A stretch of DNA of 64,000 bases, from positions 1-64,000 of IMG/VR virus record IMGVR_UViG_2708742752_000007, one strand, 5' to 3'. Of the stretch, positions 26,592 through 35,500 are shown one piece after another. The translations under genes and the position numbers were made by a program. The notes under the pieces are model-generated. The model was not told the origin of the DNA, did not search any database, and was given only the letters and a program-made list of their open reading frames with translations. How positions within the stretch are numbered: position 1 is the first letter of the stretch; each line of letters opens with the position of its first letter. Origin of the DNA: a virus. Taxonomy: Duplodnaviria > Caudoviricetes.

Positions 26592-27145
26592 GACCTAGCC
26601 AACACCCCGATTGGAATAGCATATTCGGCTGGTGCGTAAAATTCGAGGCTGACTATCTGTACGAAATTGCTCGCAGTGTGACCGGCAATATCGTAGAGAT
26701 CGGCACTTATCAGGGCCGATCCATGGTTGCTATTGGCCTGGGCTGTCTCGAATCGGGTGCTCATCTGTACACCGTGGATCATTACCTGGGCAGCCCGGAG
26801 CACAGGACACCGCCTGCCAAAGAAGTCGTGGTTCAAAACCAGTTCAAATTTGGCCTCATGCGACACGTAACGGTGTTAGAAGGCGATAGCCAGGTGGTTG
26901 TGCCTACTATCGAGGCCAGTTTTGACATGGCCTATATCGACGGCACACATTCATATAGAGCTGTGTTCGACGACTTTCTGGTATGCTGGAAGAAACTGAC
27001 CAGCCATGCCAACATTCTGTTCCACGATGCCTACAAGGGTGGTTGGACAGAAGTTGAGGATGCGGTTAAGCAGATCGCCATGCGCTGGCCTATGGAACAA
27101 GTGAACGTAGCGGGGTCTATCGTTCACTTCAGAAAGATGACGTAA
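26588..27145 (+). CDS. methyltransferase (Methyltransf_24-like)
   Basis: IVEIGTYQGRS, YIDGTHSY, LFHD. Confidence 0.85.
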   Translation: MRPSQHPDWNSIFGWCVKFEADYLYEIARSVTGNIVEIGTYQGRSMVAIGLGCLESGAHLYTVDHYLGSPEHRTPPAKEVVVQNQFKFGLMRHVTVLEGDSQVVVPTIEASFDMAYIDGTHSYRAVFDDFLVCWKKLTSHANILFHDAYKGGWTEVEDAVKQIAMRWPMEQVNVAGSIVHFRKMT

Positions 27146-27155
27146 GGAGAGCCAT

Positions 27156-27485
27156 ATGGAATTGCTATTCGGGCCGGAACATTCAGATGAAAACAGGTAT
27201 TTTGTGCAGGAAGAAATGTGCAAAGCCCTGGCGCATCAGATGTTCTATGTCCAGGATGGATACAGCAACGAATTACCAGTGCCACACTATCATGTGATGA
27301 GGGCATATAAGCATCTGGTGGCCCTGAATAGGCTCAAGATAGTCATGTTCGATCATGATATTGGTAAAGACGCAGGCGCGCCTCTTAACAACGACTTATA
27401 CTGTCTGAAAGGTGAGGTTGTTTACGAGCTACTCGTTTTGCGTAAGAATGTCGATGAATTGATCGACAAGCTGAGAGGAGACTGA
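27156..27485 (+). CDS. hypothetical protein
   Basis: AAGGAG SD. Confidence 0.65.
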   Translation: MELLFGPEHSDENRYFVQEEMCKALAHQMFYVQDGYSNELPVPHYHVMRAYKHLVALNRLKIVMFDHDIGKDAGAPLNNDLYCLKGEVVYELLVLRKNVDELIDKLRGD

Positions 27486-27487
27486 CC

Positions 27488-27832
27488 GTGAGAAAGCTGA
27501 CATTGTTGTTGACCGTGTTTCTATTGACGAGTTGTGTGGTGCCCATCGTCACCCCGGAAGGCTATGGCTTAGCATCGCAGCCCACGCCTATCCCGACTTT
27601 GACGGCGACACCTGAGCCGACTAGTACGCCTGCACCTGTGGTAGACTCAGAAGGTGAATATTATCGGGGTATCTACGATTTATGTCGCTGGCTCATCCAG
27701 CAGACAGGCCACTATGTCGATTGCATGGCCTTTGTAGAACGATCTAATACCAGCGGTTGGTACGAGCAACCATCCAAGGATTGGCAGTGGCCTCTGCCCG
27801 CGCCAACAGTGGCACCAGGTACGTCCCTGTAA
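27488..27832 (+). CDS. predicted lipoprotein with Pro/Thr-rich linker
   Basis: MRK + hydrophobic + LTSC lipobox; PTPIPTLTATPEPTSTPAP. Confidence 0.75.
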   Translation: MRKLTLLLTVFLLTSCVVPIVTPEGYGLASQPTPIPTLTATPEPTSTPAPVVDSEGEYYRGIYDLCRWLIQQTGHYVDCMAFVERSNTSGWYEQPSKDWQWPLPAPTVAPGTSL

Positions 27833-28230
27833 TGCTGCTAACTCTGTACCTTTTATTCAGGCTAGTCATCGGCGGCGTGGTGGATACGCCTATCCAGCCA
27901 TGCCAGTGTGTCGTGGTCGAATACCAGGGCGCGACCGCTCTCAAGTGCGCCGTACCTGACCAGGTGGCCTGCTATCACGAGTGGCGACCAGGCAGCTTGC
28001 TGGTAAATGGGCATAACCCCGGCGTGTTCAGCCGCCTGGATGAAGTCGAAGTCGGGGATGCTATGGTCGTGACCATAGACGGCGTGACGACCACCTACTA
28101 CGTGACGACCAAAGAGGTGGTCAGGCGCGATGATCACCAGCGTTACACCGAGCTGGCTAATGTGCCAGGTGTGCTAATCGTCACCTGTTATGGTGAGCAC
28201 CATAGGCTTTTGGTTAAGGGGGAAATATGA
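27832..28230 (+). CDS. sortase-family transpeptidase
   Basis: GH(N)...FSRLDEVEVGD...YYV...LIVTC...RLLVKG gives a His/Cys/Arg triad; TAATG coupling to the lipoprotein. Confidence 0.8.
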   Translation: MLLTLYLLFRLVIGGVVDTPIQPCQCVVVEYQGATALKCAVPDQVACYHEWRPGSLLVNGHNPGVFSRLDEVEVGDAMVVTIDGVTTTYYVTTKEVVRRDDHQRYTELANVPGVLIVTCYGEHHRLLVKGEI

Positions 28231-29180
28231 AGCTGGCTCATGTAAGTCTTTTCAAGCGGCACCATGGGAATGAGTACCACGCGGGAGGTGTCGAAAAGTT
28301 TGCCTTCTTTTTGAATATGGCCTTCCCGGAGATGAAGTGTTACTCTATCCAGGACTTGCCCATACCCATCCAACCCGGTACACCCGACTACAAGATCGCT
28401 GAGATCCTCAATAACTGGCTTCTGGGCGAGGGGCTGGTAGATGAGAACACCACCGTTATCGGCGATGGTTTTTGGACACTGGGTCTGGAGGGCAAGGTAG
28501 GCAGGTTGATCTCTGTAATTCATGGTGCCTATTTCGGCACTGCATTGGAATATGAAAAGTACCCCAACCCTGAAGAGACGCACGTGGGCGAGTGGGCCTT
28601 GATCCAGGAGGAAGTCTGGAAAGATCCACGGGTCGAGGTTGTGTCGGTCAGCAACCGTTCAGCTTTGGAACTTATGACTGTGTGCGGTATTCCGTCGCAT
28701 GTTATATCTCATGGGCTGCCCCTGGACATCTATAAGCCAGATGGCAAGCCTAAGAGTCGCCTGGTCTTGCACACCTCTGTGAGCTTCAGGAAGGGCCGAG
28801 ATATGATCGAGAAGATCAAAGCCTTCGGCAAGTTCGACATTCAACAACTCGGCTTCGCGCGAAGCGGAGACATGGCAGAGGAAGTAAGACTCTGGAATCG
28901 GGGTGGCATCTTCCTGAACCCAACTAGATTTGAAGGGAACCATTATTCGATACTGGAAGCTCTGGCCTGTGGATTAGTGCCAGTGGCTTACTTGACAGGC
29001 GTCACCTATGACTTTCCCTGCCACGTGGCCGAGACCACAGATGACTTCCACGAACACCGCTTCGTGATGATGCTTGAGAATGCCATGGAGTATTACTCGA
29101 ACTATTTCCCGCGTGAGTGGGCCTGTGAGAACCTGGACTTCGACATATGGGCAGCCAAGTGGAGGGCTTATCTGAAATGA
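28227..29180 (+). CDS. GT4-like (GT-B) glycosyltransferase
   Basis: GGVEKF, RKG, PTRFEGNHYSILEALACGLVPV. Confidence 0.85.
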   Translation: MKLAHVSLFKRHHGNEYHAGGVEKFAFFLNMAFPEMKCYSIQDLPIPIQPGTPDYKIAEILNNWLLGEGLVDENTTVIGDGFWTLGLEGKVGRLISVIHGAYFGTALEYEKYPNPEETHVGEWALIQEEVWKDPRVEVVSVSNRSALELMTVCGIPSHVISHGLPLDIYKPDGKPKSRLVLHTSVSFRKGRDMIEKIKAFGKFDIQQLGFARSGDMAEEVRLWNRGGIFLNPTRFEGNHYSILEALACGLVPVAYLTGVTYDFPCHVAETTDDFHEHRFVMMLENAMEYYSNYFPREWACENLDFDIWAAKWRAYLK

Positions 29181-29428
29181 AAGAGCCACTTAAGCCATTG
29201 AGGGCTAACCAGCTAATTGAGACGTTAGCATGCTCAAGAACTAAAGACAACATGGGACACTTTCTCAATTATGAGTTATACATCTCAGATGGGATACAAC
29301 TATTTCCCATGAACAAACTTTACTTCGATATTGATAGGAAGATACTGATTTTCGTACCAGAGCATGTCAAAATTGACCTGGAAAAGTTTTACGACAGACT
29401 TGAGGTAAAGGATGATGCACAAAATTGA
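29177..29428 (+). CDS. hypothetical protein
   Basis: ATGA-coupled. Confidence 0.55.
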   Translation: MKEPLKPLRANQLIETLACSRTKDNMGHFLNYELYISDGIQLFPMNKLYFDIDRKILIFVPEHVKIDLEKFYDRLEVKDDAQN

Positions 29429-29687
29429 GTTTAAGTCAGAAAAGCTGGCGCGTTATGGGATCGTCGTGGCTGGGGACATCCAGGAGCTAGTCAAAATGAT
29501 GAACGAGATAGATGATGGTTGGTATCCACTTGGTGGCCCATTTCAAAGAATAAATGACTTTGGCAAATTACCTCTTGTATGCCAGGCTGTGGTGCGTGAG
29601 CCTAAACATTCGCTATGGAAGCTAACTGTAAATGGTGTAGAATTCGTACAAAAGGATAGTACAACCGATGCAGCCACTAGTAGTTGA
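29412..29687 (+). CDS. DUF1737-like hypothetical protein
   Basis: DDGWYPLGGP...CQAVV. Confidence 0.5.
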   Translation: MMHKIEFKSEKLARYGIVVAGDIQELVKMMNEIDDGWYPLGGPFQRINDFGKLPLVCQAVVREPKHSLWKLTVNGVEFVQKDSTTDAATSS

Positions 29688-32600
29688 TATTCCAACCAAG
29701 AACCGCCCGCGTGAACTGGGTCGCTGTCTGGCAGCCTTGCTGGCACAGACCTACCAGAAATTCGATCTTCTAATCGTTAATGACAATACTACCTTGCCAG
29801 TAGATTTCGACGAGGTTACGGCTGAGTGGCTGAAGCGCCACAAGGATCGCCGCCAGGTGTGGATCGAGAAAGGCACAGGCATGAGTCAGGTATACGCCCA
29901 TAACCTGGCTTTGTGGCAGCGTCCCTGGTGTGAGTACGAGTTCATCCTACGCATGGACGACGACATTCTGCTTAACTCGCGGGCTATCGAGATCATGCTG
30001 AACGCCATTCGATCCAACGTAGACATTGCCGCAGTATCAGGTCTATGGTTTGAATCAGAGACTAACGAAAACTGGTTCTCAGATCGTGATGTGCCAACCG
30101 CCGAGGAGTGGCAAAATAGCCTGGAGCTACATGGCAAAGCGGTGAATGGCATAGTCAGCAATTGGCACCAACGCTTATACCACGATTATCGCCCCAACGG
30201 CCAGGGTGAAATCATCGGTGCACCCATGGCGGTCCAGCATCTCTATTCAGCCTGTCTATATCGCGCCGCAGATATGCGTCGGGCAGGTGGCTGGCCTGAA
30301 ATCTATAGTCAGGGCATTCATCACGGCGAAGAAAGTGATGGCACATTCAGATTGGGGGCGACTAGTAAGAGATTGTGGGTCTTGCCTCAAGTCACCGGTC
30401 AACACTTACGCGCCTCTGGTGGCATCCGCAGTGCTGGTTTGGAATTGGAACACAGGACACGCCTGATCGACGATCCACTGCGCAACGAGCGCCTGCGGGC
30501 TATGCCGGGTGTATACGACCGTCCCATCAAAGTTGGTCTGTGGGGCCAGCATAGTATCTTCACGGGTGGTGGCCCGCGCATGTTCTTCGAGTTGTTGGCA
30601 GCCTTGCAGAGTGATCCAAACCTCGAAGTCTATCCAGTGGGCGATCACATGCCTTGCCACGACGTAGAGCGTGTGTTCGGCATTCACGTCGAGGATTGCA
30701 ACGCGCTGCCAGAAGAGTTGGACGTATTGATCCAACTGGGCGATGATCTGGACTGGTTCGGCAACGAGGCGATCTATATACCACCTGCCAAGTCCAAGAC
30801 GCTGTTTATCTACTACCCTTTCGGAAATAGAGCGCCGGAATTGGACGAGTTCACCCACATTGTCACCTTAAGCCAGTTCGTGGTAGACGAGATCGCTCGA
30901 CTGTGGCGGCGCAAGGCTCAATATATCTATCCGGTGGCTCACAGTATTCCACCTCTGAAGAAGCACAATTGGATACTGGTGCCCGGTCGTGTCGATCAAT
31001 GGAAGGGCACACTTTGGCTCATGGAAGCCTTCGCCGAGATGGACCTGAAGGGCTGGCAACTATACGTGGTAGGGGCTACCGAGGGCTCCATCCAAAAAGA
31101 CTACATCCAGCAGGTCAATAATTTTGCCAAAACGCACGAGAATGTACACCTCGATTTCGACGTGAGCCAGGCCAAGCTAGAAGAATATTATGGCAAGTCC
31201 AAGATCATGTGGGCAGCCAAGGGCATGCTGGCGGACGAGCACCCAGAGTTGAGCCGTGAGGCCGAGCACTATGGGCTGACACCCCTGGAGGCTATGAGTG
31301 CCGAGTGCGTACCACTGGTGTATGACTTAGGAGGGCATAGAGAGACTACAGAGGAGATTTTACGTTGGAAAAGCAAGGAAGATCTATTTCAAAAAACACA
31401 CGACTTAATTGATACAAGGTTTGTCTTTTATGACATATCCAGCTTCTTCGACAGGGAGCTGTTCAAAGAGCAATGGCTGCGCGTGGTGTACGAGTGCAAT
31501 GCCAAAACTTCCAGGCTGGAGGCAGTCAGGCTGGAAGTCACCGAGAACAGGCGACCCATCATCTTCGTCGTCACAGACAGCCCGCGTAAGCGCACGGGCT
31601 TTTCCACAGTAGCCCAACAGGTCGTGCCTGGCTTTGTCGAGCAAGGTTGGGACGTGCGCTGGTATGCTATCCTGGATGATAAGGAACCCATGCCAGGCGA
31701 GTTCGACTTTACCTTCATTCCCATGGCCGAGAGCGACATGCAGGGAGACAAGAGGTTGCTCAGGAAGATCATCCAACACGAGCCGGACGTGATCTGGGCA
31801 CTATACGACGCGGGCAACCTGTATAAGTACCTGGTCTTCAGCGAGTTCGGGGCTCAGACACATAAGTCAGATGGATCACTCCGGCCATGCGTGGCCTACT
31901 TCCCGGTCGAGGGTCTGCCGCTCCCATCTTATTACGGTGGCATGGTGCAGCATGTGCTGCGCTCAGGCGGGCAGGCTATTACCTACACCGAAGGTAGCGC
32001 CCAGGTTGTTATGGATCAATTTGAGGGCTTAAAGGTGGATTGGGCATGGCACGGTCTGGACCATGCTTGCTTCGAGCCTTATCCAACTGCCGACCGTAAG
32101 CACTTACGCCAATTGGTGGGGTTGGACAATTATTTTATCGTCGGCACTTTCGGCATCAACAAACGCACCAAGCAATTCGATACGCTGATCTATGCTGCCT
32201 GGTTCATCAAAGAGTGGGGGGAGGACAAGGATGTGCGGTTTTATTGCCACACTGAACCTAACGATCCTATCCTGCAAGGCTATCCCCTGAACGAAATGAG
32301 CAAGATCTACGGTGTAGAACATATGTTCTTATGGAAGCCGGATAGCTACTCACAGCGGGGTGGCAAGTATACTGGCGTCGAGTTCAGCAACAACAGCATG
32401 GATGAAGCCAAACGGCTAACCATGCCACCTACTGCCGAGGGGCGGGGCTACCTGCTGGGCCACTACGACATCATAGCTCGCTACAACTTACTGGATCTAT
32501 ATGCCGATGTTTCATCGGTGGAAGGCTGGGGACTTTGCGTCGGCGAGGCTTTGCGCTGTGGTGTGCCTGCCATCTCGGTAGACGATGGATCTGTACGCAG

Positions 32601-32862
32601 TGAGATCTATGGCGATGCGGCGCTCATGCTCAAGCCTACTTACGATTGGAGCACCTGGCACATCGGAGCCCGCCTAGCTCTGGTCCATCCAGAGGCAGTT
32701 GCCCGCGCTATTCTGGAGATGCGCGATAACCACGAATTGAGAAAAGAGTATGCCGAGCGGGGACGGGCAGCTACCGCTAAATATGTATGGCAGCCTACCC
32801 GCGATAAGATGGTAGCAGCCGTCAGGCAAGCATTGAGTCCAACACTTGGACTCGCCAAGTAG
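29668..32862 (+). CDS. triple-domain glycosyltransferase (GT2 + GT4-like + GT4-like)
   Basis: IPTKNRP...LRMDDD (GT-A); AEHYGLTPLEAM and EGWGLCVGEALRCGVP (two GT-B). Confidence 0.87.
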   Translation: MQPLVVDIPTKNRPRELGRCLAALLAQTYQKFDLLIVNDNTTLPVDFDEVTAEWLKRHKDRRQVWIEKGTGMSQVYAHNLALWQRPWCEYEFILRMDDDILLNSRAIEIMLNAIRSNVDIAAVSGLWFESETNENWFSDRDVPTAEEWQNSLELHGKAVNGIVSNWHQRLYHDYRPNGQGEIIGAPMAVQHLYSACLYRAADMRRAGGWPEIYSQGIHHGEESDGTFRLGATSKRLWVLPQVTGQHLRASGGIRSAGLELEHRTRLIDDPLRNERLRAMPGVYDRPIKVGLWGQHSIFTGGGPRMFFELLAALQSDPNLEVYPVGDHMPCHDVERVFGIHVEDCNALPEELDVLIQLGDDLDWFGNEAIYIPPAKSKTLFIYYPFGNRAPELDEFTHIVTLSQFVVDEIARLWRRKAQYIYPVAHSIPPLKKHNWILVPGRVDQWKGTLWLMEAFAEMDLKGWQLYVVGATEGSIQKDYIQQVNNFAKTHENVHLDFDVSQAKLEEYYGKSKIMWAAKGMLADEHPELSREAEHYGLTPLEAMSAECVPLVYDLGGHRETTEEILRWKSKEDLFQKTHDLIDTRFVFYDISSFFDRELFKEQWLRVVYECNAKTSRLEAVRLEVTENRRPIIFVVTDSPRKRTGFSTVAQQVVPGFVEQGWDVRWYAILDDKEPMPGEFDFTFIPMAESDMQGDKRLLRKIIQHEPDVIWALYDAGNLYKYLVFSEFGAQTHKSDGSLRPCVAYFPVEGLPLPSYYGGMVQHVLRSGGQAITYTEGSAQVVMDQFEGLKVDWAWHGLDHACFEPYPTADRKHLRQLVGLDNYFIVGTFGINKRTKQFDTLIYAAWFIKEWGEDKDVRFYCHTEPNDPILQGYPLNEMSKIYGVEHMFLWKPDSYSQRGGKYTGVEFSNNSMDEAKRLTMPPTAEGRGYLLGHYDIIARYNLLDLYADVSSVEGWGLCVGEALRCGVPAISVDDGSVRSEIYGDAALMLKPTYDWSTWHIGARLALVHPEAVARAILEMRDNHELRKEYAERGRAATAKYVWQPTRDKMVAAVRQALSPTLGLAK

Positions 32863-32871
32863 GAACATGGA

Positions 32872-33174
32872 ATGATAATTGATAGGCCAAGACAGGATAT
32901 GGAGCTGGACTGGGATCACCTCACACTCCTATATGCCATTGATCCACTCACAGGTGGTATGACTACAGCCTACACGATTTATGGCAAACATCGCTTTACG
33001 TTCGATGTGGTCGTAACCATTCCTAAACATGGTATAAGATCTGTGTGGATGCACCCTTACTCAGATATGAAGATACATGCTATTCCGCCAAAAGGCGACA
33101 AGATGGCATATGCCAGACAATTAGGTGGCTTCTTATGTCGCGTAGTTTATGTTGAGGAGGGTAAGAATGGCTAG
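32872..33174 (+). CDS. hypothetical protein
   Basis: 100-aa ORF in operon. Confidence 0.55.
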   Translation: MIIDRPRQDMELDWDHLTLLYAIDPLTGGMTTAYTIYGKHRFTFDVVVTIPKHGIRSVWMHPYSDMKIHAIPPKGDKMAYARQLGGFLCRVVYVEEGKNG

Positions 33175-33544
33175 ACCATATACGTGTACCAAGTGCGGCG
33201 AACAGTTCCAGCGGGGTCAACTCAAGGAATGTCCAGTGTGCGGCGCGTCCATGCGCAAGCGCTCACGCATGCGCCTGCGCGAGCACAAACTGGACGAGAC
33301 GCCATTGCCTGCGCCAGTACAGAATGCGGGTCTGATATTTAGCGATGGGATAATCGGCGGCATCACTATTGTCCTAAAAGCTGACGGGACATACGTCATT
33401 AGCTTTCCCAGTGGCACAGTCGATAACCGCATGATCACTTGCCCTGGCTGCCACAGGAAGCTCTTCCAGAATACCAACCTGCATGGCACGAGCAGACATC
33501 GTTGCCCACGCTGCAAGGCAGATATAGTGTTGTATTTTGCTTAA
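33167..33544 (+). CDS. Com-like zinc-finger regulator (two Zn ribbons)
   Basis: CTKC...CPVC and ITCPGCHRKLF...HRCPRCK; GAGGAGG SD. Confidence 0.65.
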   Translation: MARPYTCTKCGEQFQRGQLKECPVCGASMRKRSRMRLREHKLDETPLPAPVQNAGLIFSDGIIGGITIVLKADGTYVISFPSGTVDNRMITCPGCHRKLFQNTNLHGTSRHRCPRCKADIVLYFA

Positions 33545-33558
33545 AAATCTGATATAAT
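33530..33558 (+). promoter_or_regulatory. strong sigma70-type promoter
   Basis: TTGTAT-17 nt-TATAAT with TG extension. Confidence 0.7.
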
Positions 33559-33562
33559 AGGG

Positions 33563-33645
33563 CTGTCGCTTGATGCTTCCAGTTCATTTGTTCGTTCCTC
33601 CTTTTTCGAGAGTCGGGGCCGCGCAACCCCGGCTCTCGATTTTAA
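33563..33645 (+). ncRNA. candidate ~80-nt small RNA with anti-SD sequence
   Basis: lies between a promoter and the hairpin TCGAGAGTCGGGG...CCCCGGCTCTCGA+TTTT; contains TTCCTCCTTTTT; no plus-strand ORF. Confidence 0.5.
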
Positions 33646-33661
33646 TCTACCAAATCCCTAC

Positions 33662-33690
33662 TTGACAATAAACCAAAACAGTGTTACATT
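33662..33690 (+). promoter_or_regulatory. sigma70-type promoter of the head/tail operon
   Basis: TTGACA-17 nt-TACATT with TG extension. Confidence 0.7.
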
Positions 33691-33753
33691 GATCACAACA
33701 ACAGAATAACCTGGAGAGCCAAACAGGTTTCGTCTTGTCCAGAGGTCGATACA

Positions 33754-33822
33754 GAACCCGCCAAGGGAAGAAAACCCAACGCGGGTTTTTTGCATTTCAT
33801 GCCCGCGCGAGCGGGCTTTTTT
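33754..33822 (+). terminator. two tandem terminator-like hairpins in the head-operon leader
   Basis: AACCCGC...GCGGGTT+TTTT and GCCCGC-GCGA-GCGGGC+T6. Confidence 0.65.
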
Positions 33823-33865
33823 GTTGTCACCCGCGACGAGCTATCAGTTTGTAGGGAGGTGTAAG

Positions 33866-35095
33866 TTGCCAGCCAAAGTTGAAGCATGTGTCTCCAGCAT
33901 GATGGGCAAGTGGAGAAAAGATCCCAAGTCCAGACCCAAGCCGATGATGAAAGATGGCAAACCGCAGGACATGGAGGGACAGGCATGGGCAATTTGCCAG
34001 GCTTCGATGAAGGCCGAGCAGGAAATCGAGGCAGTTATGCTGGAAGGCGTCGGCCCGGTGATCCTGGGCATAGCGGCGACCAATCGCCCACACCTGCCGC
34101 TGCCGCCGATGTCTATTGTCGAGTTGACCCCGCCTACAACTGGTGGCGCTTCTACCCCTGGAACGACAAAGAGGTACGCCCGCGTTCCGTTTCTACGGCA
34201 AGGCATATACAGCCACCCACAGCACGGCAACCTGGTCTTTAACGACCAGACTATGCGCCGCATGCTGGACAACCACAGGGCCAAGGTCAACCACCATGGT
34301 GTGTCATTAGACGTGCGCCACAAGCCAGAGCTGGGTGCATTGGCATGGTTCAACGACGCGGGCTGGATACAGGAGGAAGACGATCCTGAGTACGGCAAGC
34401 TGCTGGTGGGCTATGGCCCGGTCGAGCGCCCCGAAACCGAGGAGATTATCGGCAAGGGTGTATACAAATACGCCAGTGTCGAGTTTCACCCCAACTACGA
34501 GAGTAATATCGTGGATAAGCTATCCGCAGACGATCTGCGGGCAGTCAATTTAGAAGAACTTTTACAGGAGGTAAACATGGAATTTCCTGTCAAGAACGAG
34601 GACGGGACCGTTCTCCTGTCGGCTGACCAGTTCACCGAGTACGAAGCACTCAAGGTAAAGGTAACAGATCTTGAAGCCAAGATCAAGCCACCTGAGCCGG
34701 AGCTGCCCGAACACGTCAGGGTGTTGCTGGAACGGCAAGATCAGGAGATGAAGGCCCTCAAGCGCGGTATGCTTGCCAGTCGTGTAGAAGCGGCTGTGGT
34801 CAAGGCCAAAGCCTACCGCGATGCCAATGGCTGTGGTCACGCGCCCGTGCTGTTGGAGTGGGCTACCAACGTCATGCAGGGCAGACCAGTCGGCGAAGGC
34901 GAGGCGGTCATCAAGCTGGAAGGCAACAGCGATGGTGCGTTCGTCGAGTACGTCAACCGCGCAGTCGCTCGCCTGTTGGAAACGCTGCCCGGCCAGATGC
35001 CTATGGGCAACCGAACCGAGTGGGATGATGTGCGTCTCGAAACGCCCGAAATGACTAAAGAAGACTTCAAGAGCTTCTGGAAGGCAGGAGGGTAA
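33866..35095 (+). CDS. Mu-like prohead protease/scaffold (I/Z-type)
   Basis: TTG start with GGGAGGT SD; G..SHP.HG, LDVRH, YKYASVEF; coiled-coil C-terminal half. Confidence 0.78.
   Translation: MPAKVEACVSSMMGKWRKDPKSRPKPMMKDGKPQDMEGQAWAICQASMKAEQEIEAVMLEGVGPVILGIAATNRPHLPLPPMSIVELTPPTTGGASTPGTTKRYARVPFLRQGIYSHPQHGNLVFNDQTMRRMLDNHRAKVNHHGVSLDVRHKPELGALAWFNDAGWIQEEDDPEYGKLLVGYGPVERPETEEIIGKGVYKYASVEFHPNYESNIVDKLSADDLRAVNLEELLQEVNMEFPVKNEDGTVLLSADQFTEYEALKVKVTDLEAKIKPPEPELPEHVRVLLERQDQEMKALKRGMLASRVEAAVVKAKAYRDANGCGHAPVLLEWATNVMQGRPVGEGEAVIKLEGNSDGAFVEYVNRAVARLLETLPGQMPMGNRTEWDDVRLETPEMTKEDFKSFWKAGG
34577..35095 (+). CDS. nested in-frame scaffolding protein
   Basis: internal AGGAGGT SD + ATG (MEFPVK) in the protease frame. 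Confidence 0.65.
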   Translation: MEFPVKNEDGTVLLSADQFTEYEALKVKVTDLEAKIKPPEPELPEHVRVLLERQDQEMKALKRGMLASRVEAAVVKAKAYRDANGCGHAPVLLEWATNVMQGRPVGEGEAVIKLEGNSDGAFVEYVNRAVARLLETLPGQMPMGNRTEWDDVRLETPEMTKEDFKSFWKAGG

Positions 35096-35098
35096 GTC

Positions 35099-35488
35099 AT
35101 GCCGTACATCACCAGCAAGTCAAGAACCCCTATTCACCAGGTCCTCCAGGGCCACCACCACGAACGGCTGATCTCTAACTGGCTCGACTCCAGTTACATC
35201 GCCCAGGACTCGACCGGGCAGAAGTACGTCTATCCCGGCCTGATCGTGGCTCAGGATACCACCACCAAGAAGTTCGTGCCCTATTCGGCGGGCGCTTCCT
35301 ACGGCACCGGCTCGGACACGCCAGTGGGTGTGATGGACGAGTTTTTGGATGTTACATTGGGCGACGAGGCTATCACGCCCGTGTGGCACGGCGGCGTCAT
35401 CGAGGCCCATTGCTATCTGTATGGCTCGGCTATGGGCTCCGGTCTGACTACGGTCAAGACCACCCTGAACAAGATCAAGTGGGTGTAA
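35099..35488 (+). CDS. head decoration protein
   Basis: position before MCP; PGLIVA...KFVPY...PVGVM pattern. Confidence 0.7.
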   Translation: MPYITSKSRTPIHQVLQGHHHERLISNWLDSSYIAQDSTGQKYVYPGLIVAQDTTTKKFVPYSAGASYGTGSDTPVGVMDEFLDVTLGDEAITPVWHGGVIEAHCYLYGSAMGSGLTTVKTTLNKIKWV

Positions 35489-35500
35489 GGAGGTTAAGAA

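Noticed and set aside
22314-27145. Methyltransferases as restriction-modification DNA methylases
   Set aside because: Short, lack DPPY/NPPY/PC catalytic motifs, and resemble small-molecule or sugar methyltransferases
27790-27832. LPAPT near the lipoprotein C-terminus as a sortase sorting signal
   Set aside because: Not LPxTG and not followed by a TM segment and basic tail
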